Shown here piece by piece: positions 20,191 to 29,698 of a stretch of 64,000 nt of DNA (positions are counted from its first letter, which is position 1; each line of letters begins with the position of its first letter). This DNA is from Acidobacteriota bacterium (GTDB lineage: Bacteria > Acidobacteriota > UBA6911 > RPQK01 > CBDAPI01): positions 1,927,628-1,991,627 of the forward strand of contig CBDFLV010000006.1 in the NCBI GenBank assembly GCA_965249245.1, given 5' to 3'. Under the pieces are notes generated by a model that was not told where the DNA came from, made no database searches, and was given only the letters and a program-made list of their open reading frames with translations. Made by a program: the position numbers and the translations under genes.

Positions 20191-21756
20191 ATGAAGTTCA
20201 GTATCTTATCAGCCATCCTGATCAGCGGACTCTTCACTCCCTGGCTTGCCGCCGCTTAAAAGACGCTCGAAGTTGTCCGTTTTCCCGAACGGCGCAACGT
20301 CGAGCTTCAGATGATTCACTCTAAGCGTGTGCCGACTGCCACCATGAAGGCCAAGTTCCGCTTCCAGGAAGGACAGATGCGGATCGATGTCTCCTACACG
20401 AAGATGAAGCCGGCGGTCCTGTTTGGGGGTGAGATTACTTCCTATGTTCTGTGGGCGGTCAGCCGCGACGGAAAAGCGGAGAATCTGGGCGAGCTCTGGG
20501 TGCGACCGAAAAAGACCGACGACACCCTGCGTTTTTCAACCGGGCAGCGCACCTTTGCGTTGATGGTCACGGCAGAGCCGTACTACCAGATCGACAAGCC
20601 CTCCGACTCGCTCATATTCTGGAATGCGGGAAGCCGGGATCCACAGGCGCCGAGTTCCCCGATCAGTTTCACCGATCTGGGGGAGCCTTCGCGGATCGCT
20701 ATCCAGCGGCTCGACTTCGTCAAATACGACGGCAAGACGCCACTGGATGTTCTGCAGGCGGAAACGACTTACGAGACGGCTGAGCGGATGAAGGCCGGGG
20801 ATTACGCGTCTGCTCTGATGGGAGCCGCTTTGACTACGTTGCAGCAGGCCCGACAGATGGCGCGCACCAGCGCTTCGCGCAGGGGTGCGCAGGACTATGC
20901 TCGCAGATCGGTCGCCTCCAGCAACGAGGCCATCCGGATCACACTGCGCAGACTCGAGGCCGACCAGCTTGATGCGGAGATCCGGGAGCGACGGGCGGAG
21001 ATAGACCGGCTGGAGAAACGGGCCCGGGAGGCTGAGGATCAAGCCCGGAGGGTTCGGGAAGAGGCCGACCGCCAGGTGGCTGCCCTGAAAGGCCAAAAAA
21101 GCGCAGCGGAACAGCAAGTCTCATCAGCGCGGGCCCTGCTGAGCCAGATCCAGTCCGACAAGGAACGCATCGAAGGAGAGCGGGACAGCCTCAACGAGGC
21201 CACAGTGGAGCTGAAAAGCCAGAGACAGGCTCTGACCCGCTCCATTTCCGACCTGGAATCGGAGAGCGACCGGCTCAGGGCAGAGAAAGAGCGCCTGGCC
21301 CGGGAAAAAGCCGAGGTGGAACTGGACAGACAGAAGACTGAGGAGCGGCTTCAGGCGGCTCTCTCGCAGGTAGCAGACACTCGTGACTCGGCCCGGGGAA
21401 TGATTCTCAACCTGCCCGATATTCTCTTTGACGTGGACAAGGCAACTCTCAAGACCGAACTGAAAACGGCGGTTGCCAAACTGGCCGGAATCCTGCTCAT
21501 TATGTCTGAACTTCGCGTGCGAATCGAAGGACACACCGATTCCTCCGGGTCCGAAGAATACAATCTTGCGCTCTCCACTGAGAGGTCTCAGGGCGTGCTC
21601 TCTTTTCTGGGGGGAGAAGGTATCGACGAATCCCGCATAACGGCGGTCGGCTACGGCCTGACCCGTCCCATTGCAAGTAACGACACGCGCGAAGGGAGAC
21701 GAAAGAATCGCCGTGTCGAAATCATCATCAGCGATCGGGAGATTGGGGAGGAGTAG
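20191..21756 (+). pseudogene. OmpA-family protein with coiled coil; in-frame TAA immediately after the signal peptide
   Basis: GGAGG then ATG 20191 MKFSILSAILISGLFTPWLAAA, TAA 20257-20259, then in frame with the 20311 ORF. C-terminal OmpA motifs IEGHTDS..YNLALS.ER and NRRVEI. Confidence 0.8.
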
Positions 21757-22495
21757 GGGCTGAGGCCGGGACGGGCTCTTCCGTATCGAACGTGATGGAG
21801 GTGTCCACTTCGAAGCGCTTGAAACTCTCGTAGGTGATCACCATCTTGATCCGACGTGGACCCTGGCTAAAATTGAGATAGTCGTCGGCCCCCGTCCACG
21901 TCGGGAACCAGAGGCCTTCCTCCACCTCCTCGCGAATCGTTTCGAAGGCTGGATATTTGTTGTTCTTGTGATCGGGGACGATTTTCCCACGGGTCATGAC
22001 GATCAGGAAATCGACGTCGTCCACGTAGATGCGACCCTGGAAGTAACGCATTCCTTTTTTCTTGTGCCTGGGTTCTACGTCAAAAACGAAGGTGTTCAAC
22101 TCGTCGACCAGTTCCTTGCCGACGTAGTCAATCTCATATTCGGAAGCCGTCTCCCTCGTGAGCATGAAGGGCTGCCGCGAAATCGCGTCGTCGAAGTCCT
22201 CCTGGGTAACCCGGATGTTGGGCATGCGCCCCCGGTCGTGGGTCTTGCGGAGCTGCCGCTGTCCAGCCGTATCGAAATAAATGTCATACTCTACAATCCG
22301 CTCCCCCCGGACGTAGCCATCGTCACTCAACTCCTGAAAGACGATGGTCTGAGAATAAGTGTAGTGCTGAAACTCCGCCTCGAGGCGGGACTCCGCCTCC
22401 AGAAAACGATCGATGACCTCTCCGGGTCGCACTCCTTCGCCGAGGGCAGCGCCGCCACTCAAGACAATCAAAGGGATCAGGCTTTTCAACTTCAC
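21728..22495 (-). CDS. Secreted hypothetical protein (outer-membrane sorting-protein-like)
   Basis: 255 aa with signal peptide and YVGKELVDELNTFVFDVEP..YFQGRIYVD motif. Confidence 0.7.
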   Translation of the reverse strand: MKLKSLIPLIVLSGGAALGEGVRPGEVIDRFLEAESRLEAEFQHYTYSQTIVFQELSDDGYVRGERIVEYDIYFDTAGQRQLRKTHDRGRMPNIRVTQEDFDDAISRQPFMLTRETASEYEIDYVGKELVDELNTFVFDVEPRHKKKGMRYFQGRIYVDDVDFLIVMTRGKIVPDHKNNKYPAFETIREEVEEGLWFPTWTGADDYLNFSQGPRRIKMVITYESFKRFEVDTSITFDTEEPVPASAPTPPQSPDR

Positions 22496-22502
22496 AACAG
22501 TC

Positions 22503-22667
22503 CTAGTGCACTGTCCGGAAAGTTCACGCCGCTACTTCGGGCGTCTTTTCGCCGACAGCTTTGTTGCGCTACCTCGAAAGACTCCCGGCCTTCCTGCGTC
22601 GCGCGCCTCACTGTCGACGAAAATTCATCCCGAATTAACACCGCGAACTTCCCGGACAGTACACTAG
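22503..22667. mobile_element. 165-bp MITE, copy 1
   Basis: CTAG-TGCACTGTCCGGAAAGTTC...GAACTTCCCGGACAGTACA-CTAG. Near-identical copy at 35256-35420. Confidence 0.88.
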
Positions 22668-22850
22668 ATGCAAAAAATCAGTCGGCGTACTCATTTTTTC
22701 TATTATTACGCAGTCGCTGGCATTCCTGCCTTCTCCGTAGTTTCCTTGATTTCCAAGGGGCCTTGCGGCTTTTCGGCCGGTCTGTCGGCTTTAACTTTCA
22801 ACCTTTAACCTTCAACTTCCAACCGGTAACGGCGCTCGCGCCAGCGAGCG

Positions 22851-23801
22851 CTATCCAGAGCGGCTCGCCAAAAGATCCTCCACTTCCTGAACCGTCGGAA
22901 TCCCACCACGGGCCCCCGCGCGTGTGCAGGACAGGGCACCCGCAGCGTTGGCAAAGCGCAAGCAGTCCCACACATTCCCTTCGTTCAAGAGGGCATAGAT
23001 AAAGGCGCCGTGGAACACATCTCCAGCCCCGGTGCTGTCTACCGCCTGAACCTCGAAACTCGGAACTTCGTAGATCTCGCCATTCCAGAGCGCGGCGCAT
23101 CCGCGGTGGTCGCGTGTGATCGCGGTGAATCCACGCGAAGCTTCGGCAACACCCAGCAGAGCCTCTCTCCAGTCCGATGCTCCGGTAAACTGCAGGGCGA
23201 AAGTCTCGCTGGGTAAAGCAAAATCAGTCAGGGCCAGCAACTCTCCGGTTCTGCTCTGAACCTTGTCCACATCCAGGCAGACTTTCATGCCCGCATCGCT
23301 GGCCCACCGGGCGCACTGAATGGAAGCCTCCTCGTCGTGGCCGTCCAGATGCAGAATCTGGCCAGCCGCGATCCACTCCGGCTTGATTTCGTCGACCCGG
23401 TAGGAAAGAGCCGGGTCTCGGTCCCACAGAATCGTGCGCTGGCCTTCGGGATCAACCAGTATGATGGCGTACTGGCTGGAGGCTCCGGCTACGACCTCCA
23501 CCAGATGAATATCCATCGGCTCGGGCTGCAGGGAAGAAAGCGAAAACTGTCCGATCTCGTCGTCTCCCACCCGACCGATGTAGCGGGCTTTGAGCCCGTA
23601 TCGTCCACAAAGCGCCATTGCTGTGGCTACCTGGCCGCCGGGCAGTCTCCTGAATTCTTTGACCTGGACCTTGGAGTTGCGGCGCGGAAAGTTGGGCACG
23701 TGCACGATCCAGTCCACTGCATTGAGGCCCATGCCCACCACTTCGAACGGCCTGTGCCCAGGCAGTTCCATATCAAAACGGGCTTCTTCCAATCGATGCA
23801 C
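22851..23801 (-). CDS. PfkB-family carbohydrate kinase
   Basis: PGGQVATA, GRVGDDEIG, DSTGAGDVFHGAF. Confidence 0.9.
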   Translation of the reverse strand: MHRLEEARFDMELPGHRPFEVVGMGLNAVDWIVHVPNFPRRNSKVQVKEFRRLPGGQVATAMALCGRYGLKARYIGRVGDDEIGQFSLSSLQPEPMDIHLVEVVAGASSQYAIILVDPEGQRTILWDRDPALSYRVDEIKPEWIAAGQILHLDGHDEEASIQCARWASDAGMKVCLDVDKVQSRTGELLALTDFALPSETFALQFTGASDWREALLGVAEASRGFTAITRDHRGCAALWNGEIYEVPSFEVQAVDSTGAGDVFHGAFIYALLNEGNVWDCLRFANAAGALSCTRAGARGGIPTVQEVEDLLASRSG

Positions 23802-23816
23802 GACGCCTCAATTCTG

Positions 23817-24473
23817 TCAAATCATTCCCTCATCGGCAAAGCTGAAGTACTCTTTCTCCCCAACGATGACGTGATCCAGCACACGGATCCCGATCAGGCG
23901 GCCTACTTCCACGAGCCGGCGTGTAATCTGGAGATCTTCAGGACTGGGAGCCGGGTCGCCGCTCGGGTGATTGTGAACACAGAGCAGGCCGGCTGCGGCC
24001 GCCAGGATGGCTGGACGAAAGACCTCCCTGGGATGAACCAGCGAAGCCGTCAGCGACCCCTCCGAGACCCGAGCCAGCTTCAGGAATCGGTTCTTTCCGT
24101 TCAGAAGTACGGCCCAGAAACACTCTTTTCTGAGGTGGATCATGCGGGGCTGGAAATGACGGAATATCTGCAGGCTGCACGAGAACTTCTGACCCGGTCG
24201 CAAAGCAGGAAAGTCGAGTCGGCGAACAAGATGAAGGCCTGCCACGAGGGCCCGGGTCTGACAACGCCCAAATCCCTGATCCTGAAGTTCTCGAGTCAGT
24301 GTTCTGCAGTCTGAGCTCTCCTCCAGGACACGCAGCAGAATACGAGCTTGCCTGAGAGCAACCTCCCCCTGGCAGTTATGGGAAAGAAAGGTGGCTGCCA
24401 GCTCCAGATCCGTGAGTTCCTCGACTCCTGCAGTGAACCATCTTTGTTGAACTTCGGTGAAAGTTTCGCCCAC
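23817..24473 (-). CDS. radC: RadC/JAB-domain protein
   Basis: GSLTASLVHPREVF, HNHPSGDPAPSPED, LDHVIVG. Confidence 0.93.
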   Translation of the reverse strand: MGETFTEVQQRWFTAGVEELTDLELAATFLSHNCQGEVALRQARILLRVLEESSDCRTLTRELQDQGFGRCQTRALVAGLHLVRRLDFPALRPGQKFSCSLQIFRHFQPRMIHLRKECFWAVLLNGKNRFLKLARVSEGSLTASLVHPREVFRPAILAAAAGLLCVHNHPSGDPAPSPEDLQITRRLVEVGRLIGIRVLDHVIVGEKEYFSFADEGMI

Positions 24474-24518
24474 ATGGTTATTAACGCCGCTACTTCAAAA
24501 TGGGCGAGGATTCTTAGC

Positions 24519-24650
24519 GGTTGCTGGTTACCGGTTACCGGTTACCGGTTGGTTACTGGTTGCTGGTTGTTGGTTGTTGGTTGTTGGTTGGAAGAAGTTA
24601 AAAGTTGAAAGTTGAAAGTTGAAAGTTGAAGGTTGAAGGTTGAAGGTTGG
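24519..24650 (+). repeat. Heptamer tandem array (GGTTRCY / GGTTGTT / GTTGAAR)
   Basis: About 18 consecutive 7-mers. Related arrays occur at about 22790, 33343, 35150, 35590, 51120, 57608 and 57737. Confidence 0.9.
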
Positions 24651-24686
24651 TTTCAAGCCGGGCGACTGGGCAAGGCAGTAGTTTTC

Positions 24687-24743
24687 GTAGGGGCCGGTCT
24701 TGTGCCGGCCCGCTCAACGGGCGGCCACAAGGGTCGCCCCTAC
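24687..24743 (+). repeat. GTAG-type REP doublet (GTAGGGGCCGG...CGCCCCTAC)
   Basis: 57 bp. Further copies at 46471-46527 and 46632-46688. Confidence 0.88.
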
Positions 24744-24831
24744 GAGTCGAATCCCGGCGGTCGCGGCCCTGAGGCCAGCTTTCAAGTCCTCAACGAGGAA
24801 TGCAACCCGGAACCGTTAGAATAAACCGACA

Positions 24832-27348
24832 GTGTCAGACCTGAAGGAGTATCGAGACAGGAGGGACTTTGAGAAGACGGGCGAACCCGAGGGACCCTCG
24901 ACGTCCGATTCCGGCGGCGCTTTGCGCTTCGTTGTGCAAAAACATGCGGCCCGTCGACTTCACTACGATCTCAGACTCGAAATGGAAGGTGTCCTGCGAT
25001 CCTGGGCGATTCCCAGGGGGCCCTCCCTGGATCCATCCGAAAAACGTCTGGCTGTCCACACCGAGGACCATCCCCTCGAGTATCTGCACTTCGAAGGCGT
25101 CATCCCTCGAGGACAGTACGGAGCCGGAAACATGATTGTCTGGGATCAGGGAACCTACGAATGCGTGGGCAAGGAGGCCCCATCCGGTTCGGGCCTGGCA
25201 CCAGGGCACGCTCGATCTTCGGCTCTACGGCGAGAAGCTGCAGGGTCACTGGGTTCTGGTCAAGATCAAGGACTCACAAAACGACTGGCTGCTGATCAAG
25301 AAGGACGATCCGTACGCTGATCCACAGAAAGACCTGTTGGAGGAAATGCCCGAGTCGGTTCTGTCGGGCCTGGAGGTTGACGAACTGGCCGAAGGGATCA
25401 CCGTCGCTGATCAGCATCGTTATCAGAGACTCCTCTCGGAACTGCAGTTGGAGCCGTCCCCAATCGATCAAGTGCCTCCTCCCATGCTGCCGAGCCTGGT
25501 CCGGAAGGTGCCGGCCGGGACCGGCTGGCTGTATGAACTCAAGTACGACGGTTTTCGAGCATTGGCGGAAAAAAAAACGGCGAAATCCGGCTCCTCTCTC
25601 GAAACCTGAAGCCTCTGGATCGGCACTTCCAGGAACTGCTCCCCCCCCTTCTGGCCCTGCCCTCTGAAGACTTCCTGCTGGATGGAGAGATTGTGATTTT
25701 CGACAGCGAGGGCCGTTCCCGGTTTCAGCTGCTCCAGTCGAGACTGGGCATCGGCAAGCGTTTCCGGAGTTCGGAAGAGACCGGGCCCGCCCGCTACCTG
25801 GTTTTCGATGTGCTCTCCTGCGATGGCTTCGATCTGCGCACCGTCACCCTGTCCGAGCGCAGGAGGATCCTCGAAGCTCTGGTTCCACAGTCCGAGCTGA
25901 TCAAGAAAGTGGATATCCTGTCGGAGCAAGGGGAAGACTTCTTCAATCTCGTCACCGAACAGGGACTGGAGGGAATTGTAGCGAAGCAGGCAGCCAGCCG
26001 CTATGTGTCCGGGAGGAGCTCCCGCTGGCTGAAGATTAAAGCCACCCGGGAGCAGAGCTTTGTGATCGGTGGGTTCACGGCTCCCGCAAAGGGCCGCAGG
26101 CACTTTGGCGCCCTGGCGATCGGTCTCTTTGAAAACGATCGACTCCGCTTCGTTGGCAGGGTTGGAGGTGGATTCAACGCAGACCAACTCCGGGAGGTGC
26201 ACGAACCACTGGAGGCCCTCCAGAGCAGGCAGGTGCCATTTCACCAGGTTCCACGCGAAATCGCCGGGGCAACCTGGGTGAAACCGACGCTGGTCTGCGA
26301 TGTCAAGTTCAACGAGTGGACTCGTGACTGGATCCTTCGCGCTCCGGTGTTCTTGAGACTGCGGCCGGAGCTGGAGGCGGCCGACTGCCGATTCGAAGCC
26401 GGTCCGGACAGTGCTGCGGGGGGCAGTGATGAAGACGCAGGGCTGGAACCATACGATTTCCTGAGTAACCTGGACAAACCCTTCTGGCCCAGAGAAGGCT
26501 ACACGAAACGCGACCTGGTGGAGTACTACCACCGCATAGCACCGGTTCTGCTCCCCTACCTGAAGGATCGTCCCATGAACCTGGAGCGTTATCCGGATGG
26601 CTATGAGGGCAAGAGCTTTTACCAGAAGGACGCCCCGGACTTCCTCCCCGACTGGATCGACACGGCGGTCGTCCCTTCCGGGTCTAAGGGAAAGGCCAAC
26701 CGGCACATTCTGTGTAACGATCGGCGAACCCTGGTGTACCTGGCCAACCTGGCCTGTATCCCATTGCATCCATGGAGCAGCCGGGCGGGTTCCATCGAGT
26801 TCGCGGATTTCATGATCATTGATCTGGATCCGGGTGACGGAGTTCCGTTTGCGGCGGTCTGCCGGCTGGCCCTCAGGGTGAAGGAGATCCTCAACCAGTT
26901 GAGCCTCAACGGCTATCCCAAGACATCCGGATCGAAGGGAGTGCACGTCGTGGTGCCCCTTGACTCCAGGAACGACTACAAGTCAGTCTGCCGGTTTGCA
27001 GAAGTCATCGCTCGCCTCGCCGTTCACAGTATGGGAGACCTGGCCACGATCGAGAGGGGAATGGAAAAAAGGAAAGGAAAGATCTACATCGACTACCTCC
27101 AGAATGGCTTTGGCAAGACGATCGTCAGCCCCTATTGCCTCAGACCGAGGCCCGGGGCACCCGTCTCTACACCACTCACCTGGAGTGAGGTATCCGCGAG
27201 CCTTCGGCCTCAGGCTTTCAACATTCGCAGTATTTTTCGCAGGCTGAAAGTCAAAGGTGATCCCTTCAAACCGCTCCTGACCGAGAAACAGTCGCTCCAG
27301 GACGCCCTGCAGCAACTCGACAACCTTCTCTCCGATGAATCCCCATGA
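24832..27348 (+). pseudogene. ligD: NHEJ DNA ligase D (PE-LIG-POL), split by two frameshifts
   Basis: PE domain ([18 protein letters not shown]), ligase (YELKYDGFR, GLEGIVAK) and polymerase (RYPDG, FYQK, KTSGSKG, IDYLQN) lie in three ORF pieces. The shifts are at a C4 near 25178 and an A9 at 25569-25577. Confidence 0.9.
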
Positions 27349-28382
27349 AACAGGGTTCCCAACATCCCATTGCGCCGATTTCAAGCTTCACAGAATTCCT
27401 GCTGAGCCGTCCCTTCCTGCCCCATCGTGTCATTCCCCATCCCCACCTGCAGACCGTGGTAGCGGCTCTGGCCAGGAGGAATTTCAGCTGGGGGGCACCC
27501 AACACCCAAACCGTGATTCTCGAGCTGCCCGAACAGTCACGCGTCCGTACTGAGTGCTATTTCGGAGAACCTGGCGCACCCACTCTTCTGGCCATCCACG
27601 GAGTAGGAGGGTCCAGTCAGTCCCCCTACATGCAGGGCTTTCTGCACAAGGCCTGCCTGGAGGGGTGGAACGCCGTTCTTCTGAACCTCTACGACCTGAA
27701 CCTGGCTGGACGCAGGCCGCATATATTTCACTCCGGGTCCAGTCGAGAATTAGATGGTGTTATCCACGGTGTGCTCAATCTGGACCAGTGCGGGGCGCTG
27801 GTTCTGGTAGCCGTCTCGATGGGTGGAAACATGCTGCTCAAGCTCCTGGGAGAGTGGGGCGAGGCGGCACCGGACGGAGTTCGAGCCGCCGCGGTGGTCT
27901 CACCGCTGGTCGACCTGGTGGCCAGTTGGAACACTCTCGACCGCTTCACGAACCGTCACTACCGCTGGCACTTCGTCCAGGGATTGAAGGATGTGATCCG
28001 CAGGAACGAAGGTGACCTTGGTCAACACATCGATGTCGAGGGCATCCGGAAGATCAAGACGATCCGCGAGTTCGACGAAATCTTTACCAGTGTCCTGGGA
28101 GGATTCCAGGATGCCTTCGACTACTATCGTCGAGCCAGCGCCGCGCCCTGGCTCGGCAGCATCCAGGTGCCCACACTGGTCCTTCACTCGAAGCGGGATC
28201 CGATACTTCCGTGGAGACCGTTGATGACACCGGGCCTCCTCAAGAATCCGAATGTCCTGCTGTGGCTGCCCCAGGAAGGCGGCCATGTCGGATTCATCGA
28301 GCAGGACAGGAACGACATTGACCGGCACTGGGCCGAAAACCGCATCATCGACTTTGCACGCTGGCGATTTGGGCAGGAATAA
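27345..28382 (+). CDS. YheT-like alpha/beta hydrolase
   Basis: PHLQT, HGVGGSS.SPY, VSMGGN, IREFDE, DYYRRAS, GGHVGF. Confidence 0.88.
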   Translation: MKQGSQHPIAPISSFTEFLLSRPFLPHRVIPHPHLQTVVAALARRNFSWGAPNTQTVILELPEQSRVRTECYFGEPGAPTLLAIHGVGGSSQSPYMQGFLHKACLEGWNAVLLNLYDLNLAGRRPHIFHSGSSRELDGVIHGVLNLDQCGALVLVAVSMGGNMLLKLLGEWGEAAPDGVRAAAVVSPLVDLVASWNTLDRFTNRHYRWHFVQGLKDVIRRNEGDLGQHIDVEGIRKIKTIREFDEIFTSVLGGFQDAFDYYRRASAAPWLGSIQVPTLVLHSKRDPILPWRPLMTPGLLKNPNVLLWLPQEGGHVGFIEQDRNDIDRHWAENRIIDFARWRFGQE

Positions 28383-28397
28383 CAGAAGGATTCGAAT

Positions 28398-28474
28398 GTG
28401 GGAGGCGCCTTGGCGCGGCGACCTGCAATCCTGAACGTGGCGACCCGGCGGTCGCGGCCTGAGGCCCCTCCCAC
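28398..28474 (+). repeat. GTGG-type REP doublet (GTGGGAGGCG...CCTCCCAC)
   Basis: 77 bp. Copies at 35210-35447 (MITE-interrupted), 51960-52034, 53980-54056 and 62378-62454 (inverted). Confidence 0.88.
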
Positions 28475-28495
28475 TCTGGACGTGGAACGTGGAAC

Positions 28496-28870
28496 TCATT
28501 TCCGTCGTCGCAGCAGCAGCAGCCAACTCCCGGATATCCCCACCAGGGCCCCGACTGCGTCGGCCAGTAGATCCGCCAGAGATGGTGTGCGGCCCAAAAC
28601 GAAGCCCTGGTGAAACTCGTCGGAGAACCCGTAGGATGAGGCGACGATCCACAGAAGCAGGGCAGTGGAGGCAGCGAGCTCCTTCCTGAAACCGGAGGTC
28701 TTGCCCCAGACCAGGGTCAGGCTGAAAATCAGGTATCCAAGGAAGTGCCCTGCTTTGTCCGGAACCCCCCCCATCACCCTGGGAACACGACTCTGGTGCG
28801 AGAGCCAGAAAATGAGGGCAGCACAGGCTACCGCTGGAAGCCACCGAATCCAGTGAAGATAAACCGTCCG
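28496..28870 (-). CDS. VanZ-family membrane protein (start uncertain)
   Basis: IFWLS, DKAGHFLGY, YGFSDEFHQGFVLGR..DLLADAVG. Confidence 0.82.
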   Translation of the reverse strand, partial: RTVYLHWIRWLPAVACAALIFWLSHQSRVPRVMGGVPDKAGHFLGYLIFSLTLVWGKTSGFRKELAASTALLLWIVASSYGFSDEFHQGFVLGRTPSLADLLADAVGALVGISGSWLLLLRRRK

Positions 28871-28884
28871 ATTTCTAATGAAGC

Positions 28885-29055
28885 CTACCAGGGGATCGCC
28901 GCCATGACCCAGGCACCCGCCAGGGAGCCCAGAATCATGTAAGCCAGCAGTTTGAAAAAATAGCGGATTCGAGCCCGGCGATCTTCTTTGGCAATCAGGG
29001 CAAACACAAGGGCGATGCAGAAAGCCAGGACGATGAGACCGGTGAAGTGATTCAT
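28885..29055 (-). CDS. Small two-helix membrane protein (56 aa)
   Basis: MNHFTGLIVLAFCIALVFALIAKEDRRARIRYFFKLLAYMILGSLAGAWVMAAIPW, coupled (ATGA) to the upstream gene. Below the ORF-track cutoff. Confidence 0.7.
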   Translation of the reverse strand: MNHFTGLIVLAFCIALVFALIAKEDRRARIRYFFKLLAYMILGSLAGAWVMAAIPW

Positions 29056-29417
29056 GACTTCCGCCCCAGGGCAATGTCAAAGGTGTCGACCACCAGCAGC
29101 ATGTTCAGCAGCCCGGCCGTGTAGAGATACGTGTTGCCATATTCGTAGCCCGGCGCCGTAATCTGCCCGTTTCCCAGGCCGATGAACTGTCCTGCCAGAT
29201 AAGGAAGGCCGATAGCGAGCCCGGCCATGAACTTGAGCACTCCAAAGAATCCGAAGGTAAGGCCAAAGAGGCGACCGTCCATGAACAGGCCCAGCGAGAA
29301 AAGACACAGAACCACGGCCAGAAAGACCAGGCCTCGCTTCCATCGATTCAAAAACATGTGCCCGGCCCCTGGAATCAACCACGCCAGAGTACAGGCTGCT
29401 ACAGCCTTCGCTACCAT
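29052..29417 (-). CDS. Membrane protein (DUF6677-like)
   Basis: LAWLIPGAGH...YEYGNTYLYTAGLLNML..D. Confidence 0.75.
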   Translation of the reverse strand: MVAKAVAACTLAWLIPGAGHMFLNRWKRGLVFLAVVLCLFSLGLFMDGRLFGLTFGFFGVLKFMAGLAIGLPYLAGQFIGLGNGQITAPGYEYGNTYLYTAGLLNMLLVVDTFDIALGRKS

Positions 29418-29514
29418 GCCTTTCCATCATAGAAATTAAGGTTTGACGTGGTCAAGGATCCTGTTTCATGTTCCACGTTCTTTTTGGCCGATGGGTGGTG
29501 GCTCACGGCTGGAG

Positions 29515-29631
29515 AGATCTGATCGGACCACGGAGGGTCCTCCTACACCGGGAATGTCACGGGTCGGCGAAGAGAAGAGTAGGAGCCGCTTCCATGCGGC
29601 GATCTGATCGGACCACGGAGGGTCCTCCTAC
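29515..29631 (+). repeat. BIME-like cluster of GTAGGAG REPs
   Basis: Two GATCGGACCACGGAGGGTCCTCCTAC units joined by the linker GGAATGTCACGGGTCGGCGAAG, which recurs at about 46562 (inverted) and 57678. Confidence 0.85.
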
Positions 29632-29698
29632 GCCTTGGTGGCCTGTTGTCAGATCGGGGTAGTAGCGTGTAGGGTTACCTCTTCGTCAAGAGACCAGC

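Noticed and set aside
20257-20259. Stop-codon reassignment or programmed readthrough
   Set aside because: TAA, TAG and TGA all terminate well-conserved genes elsewhere in the window, so a single nonsense change or error is simpler.
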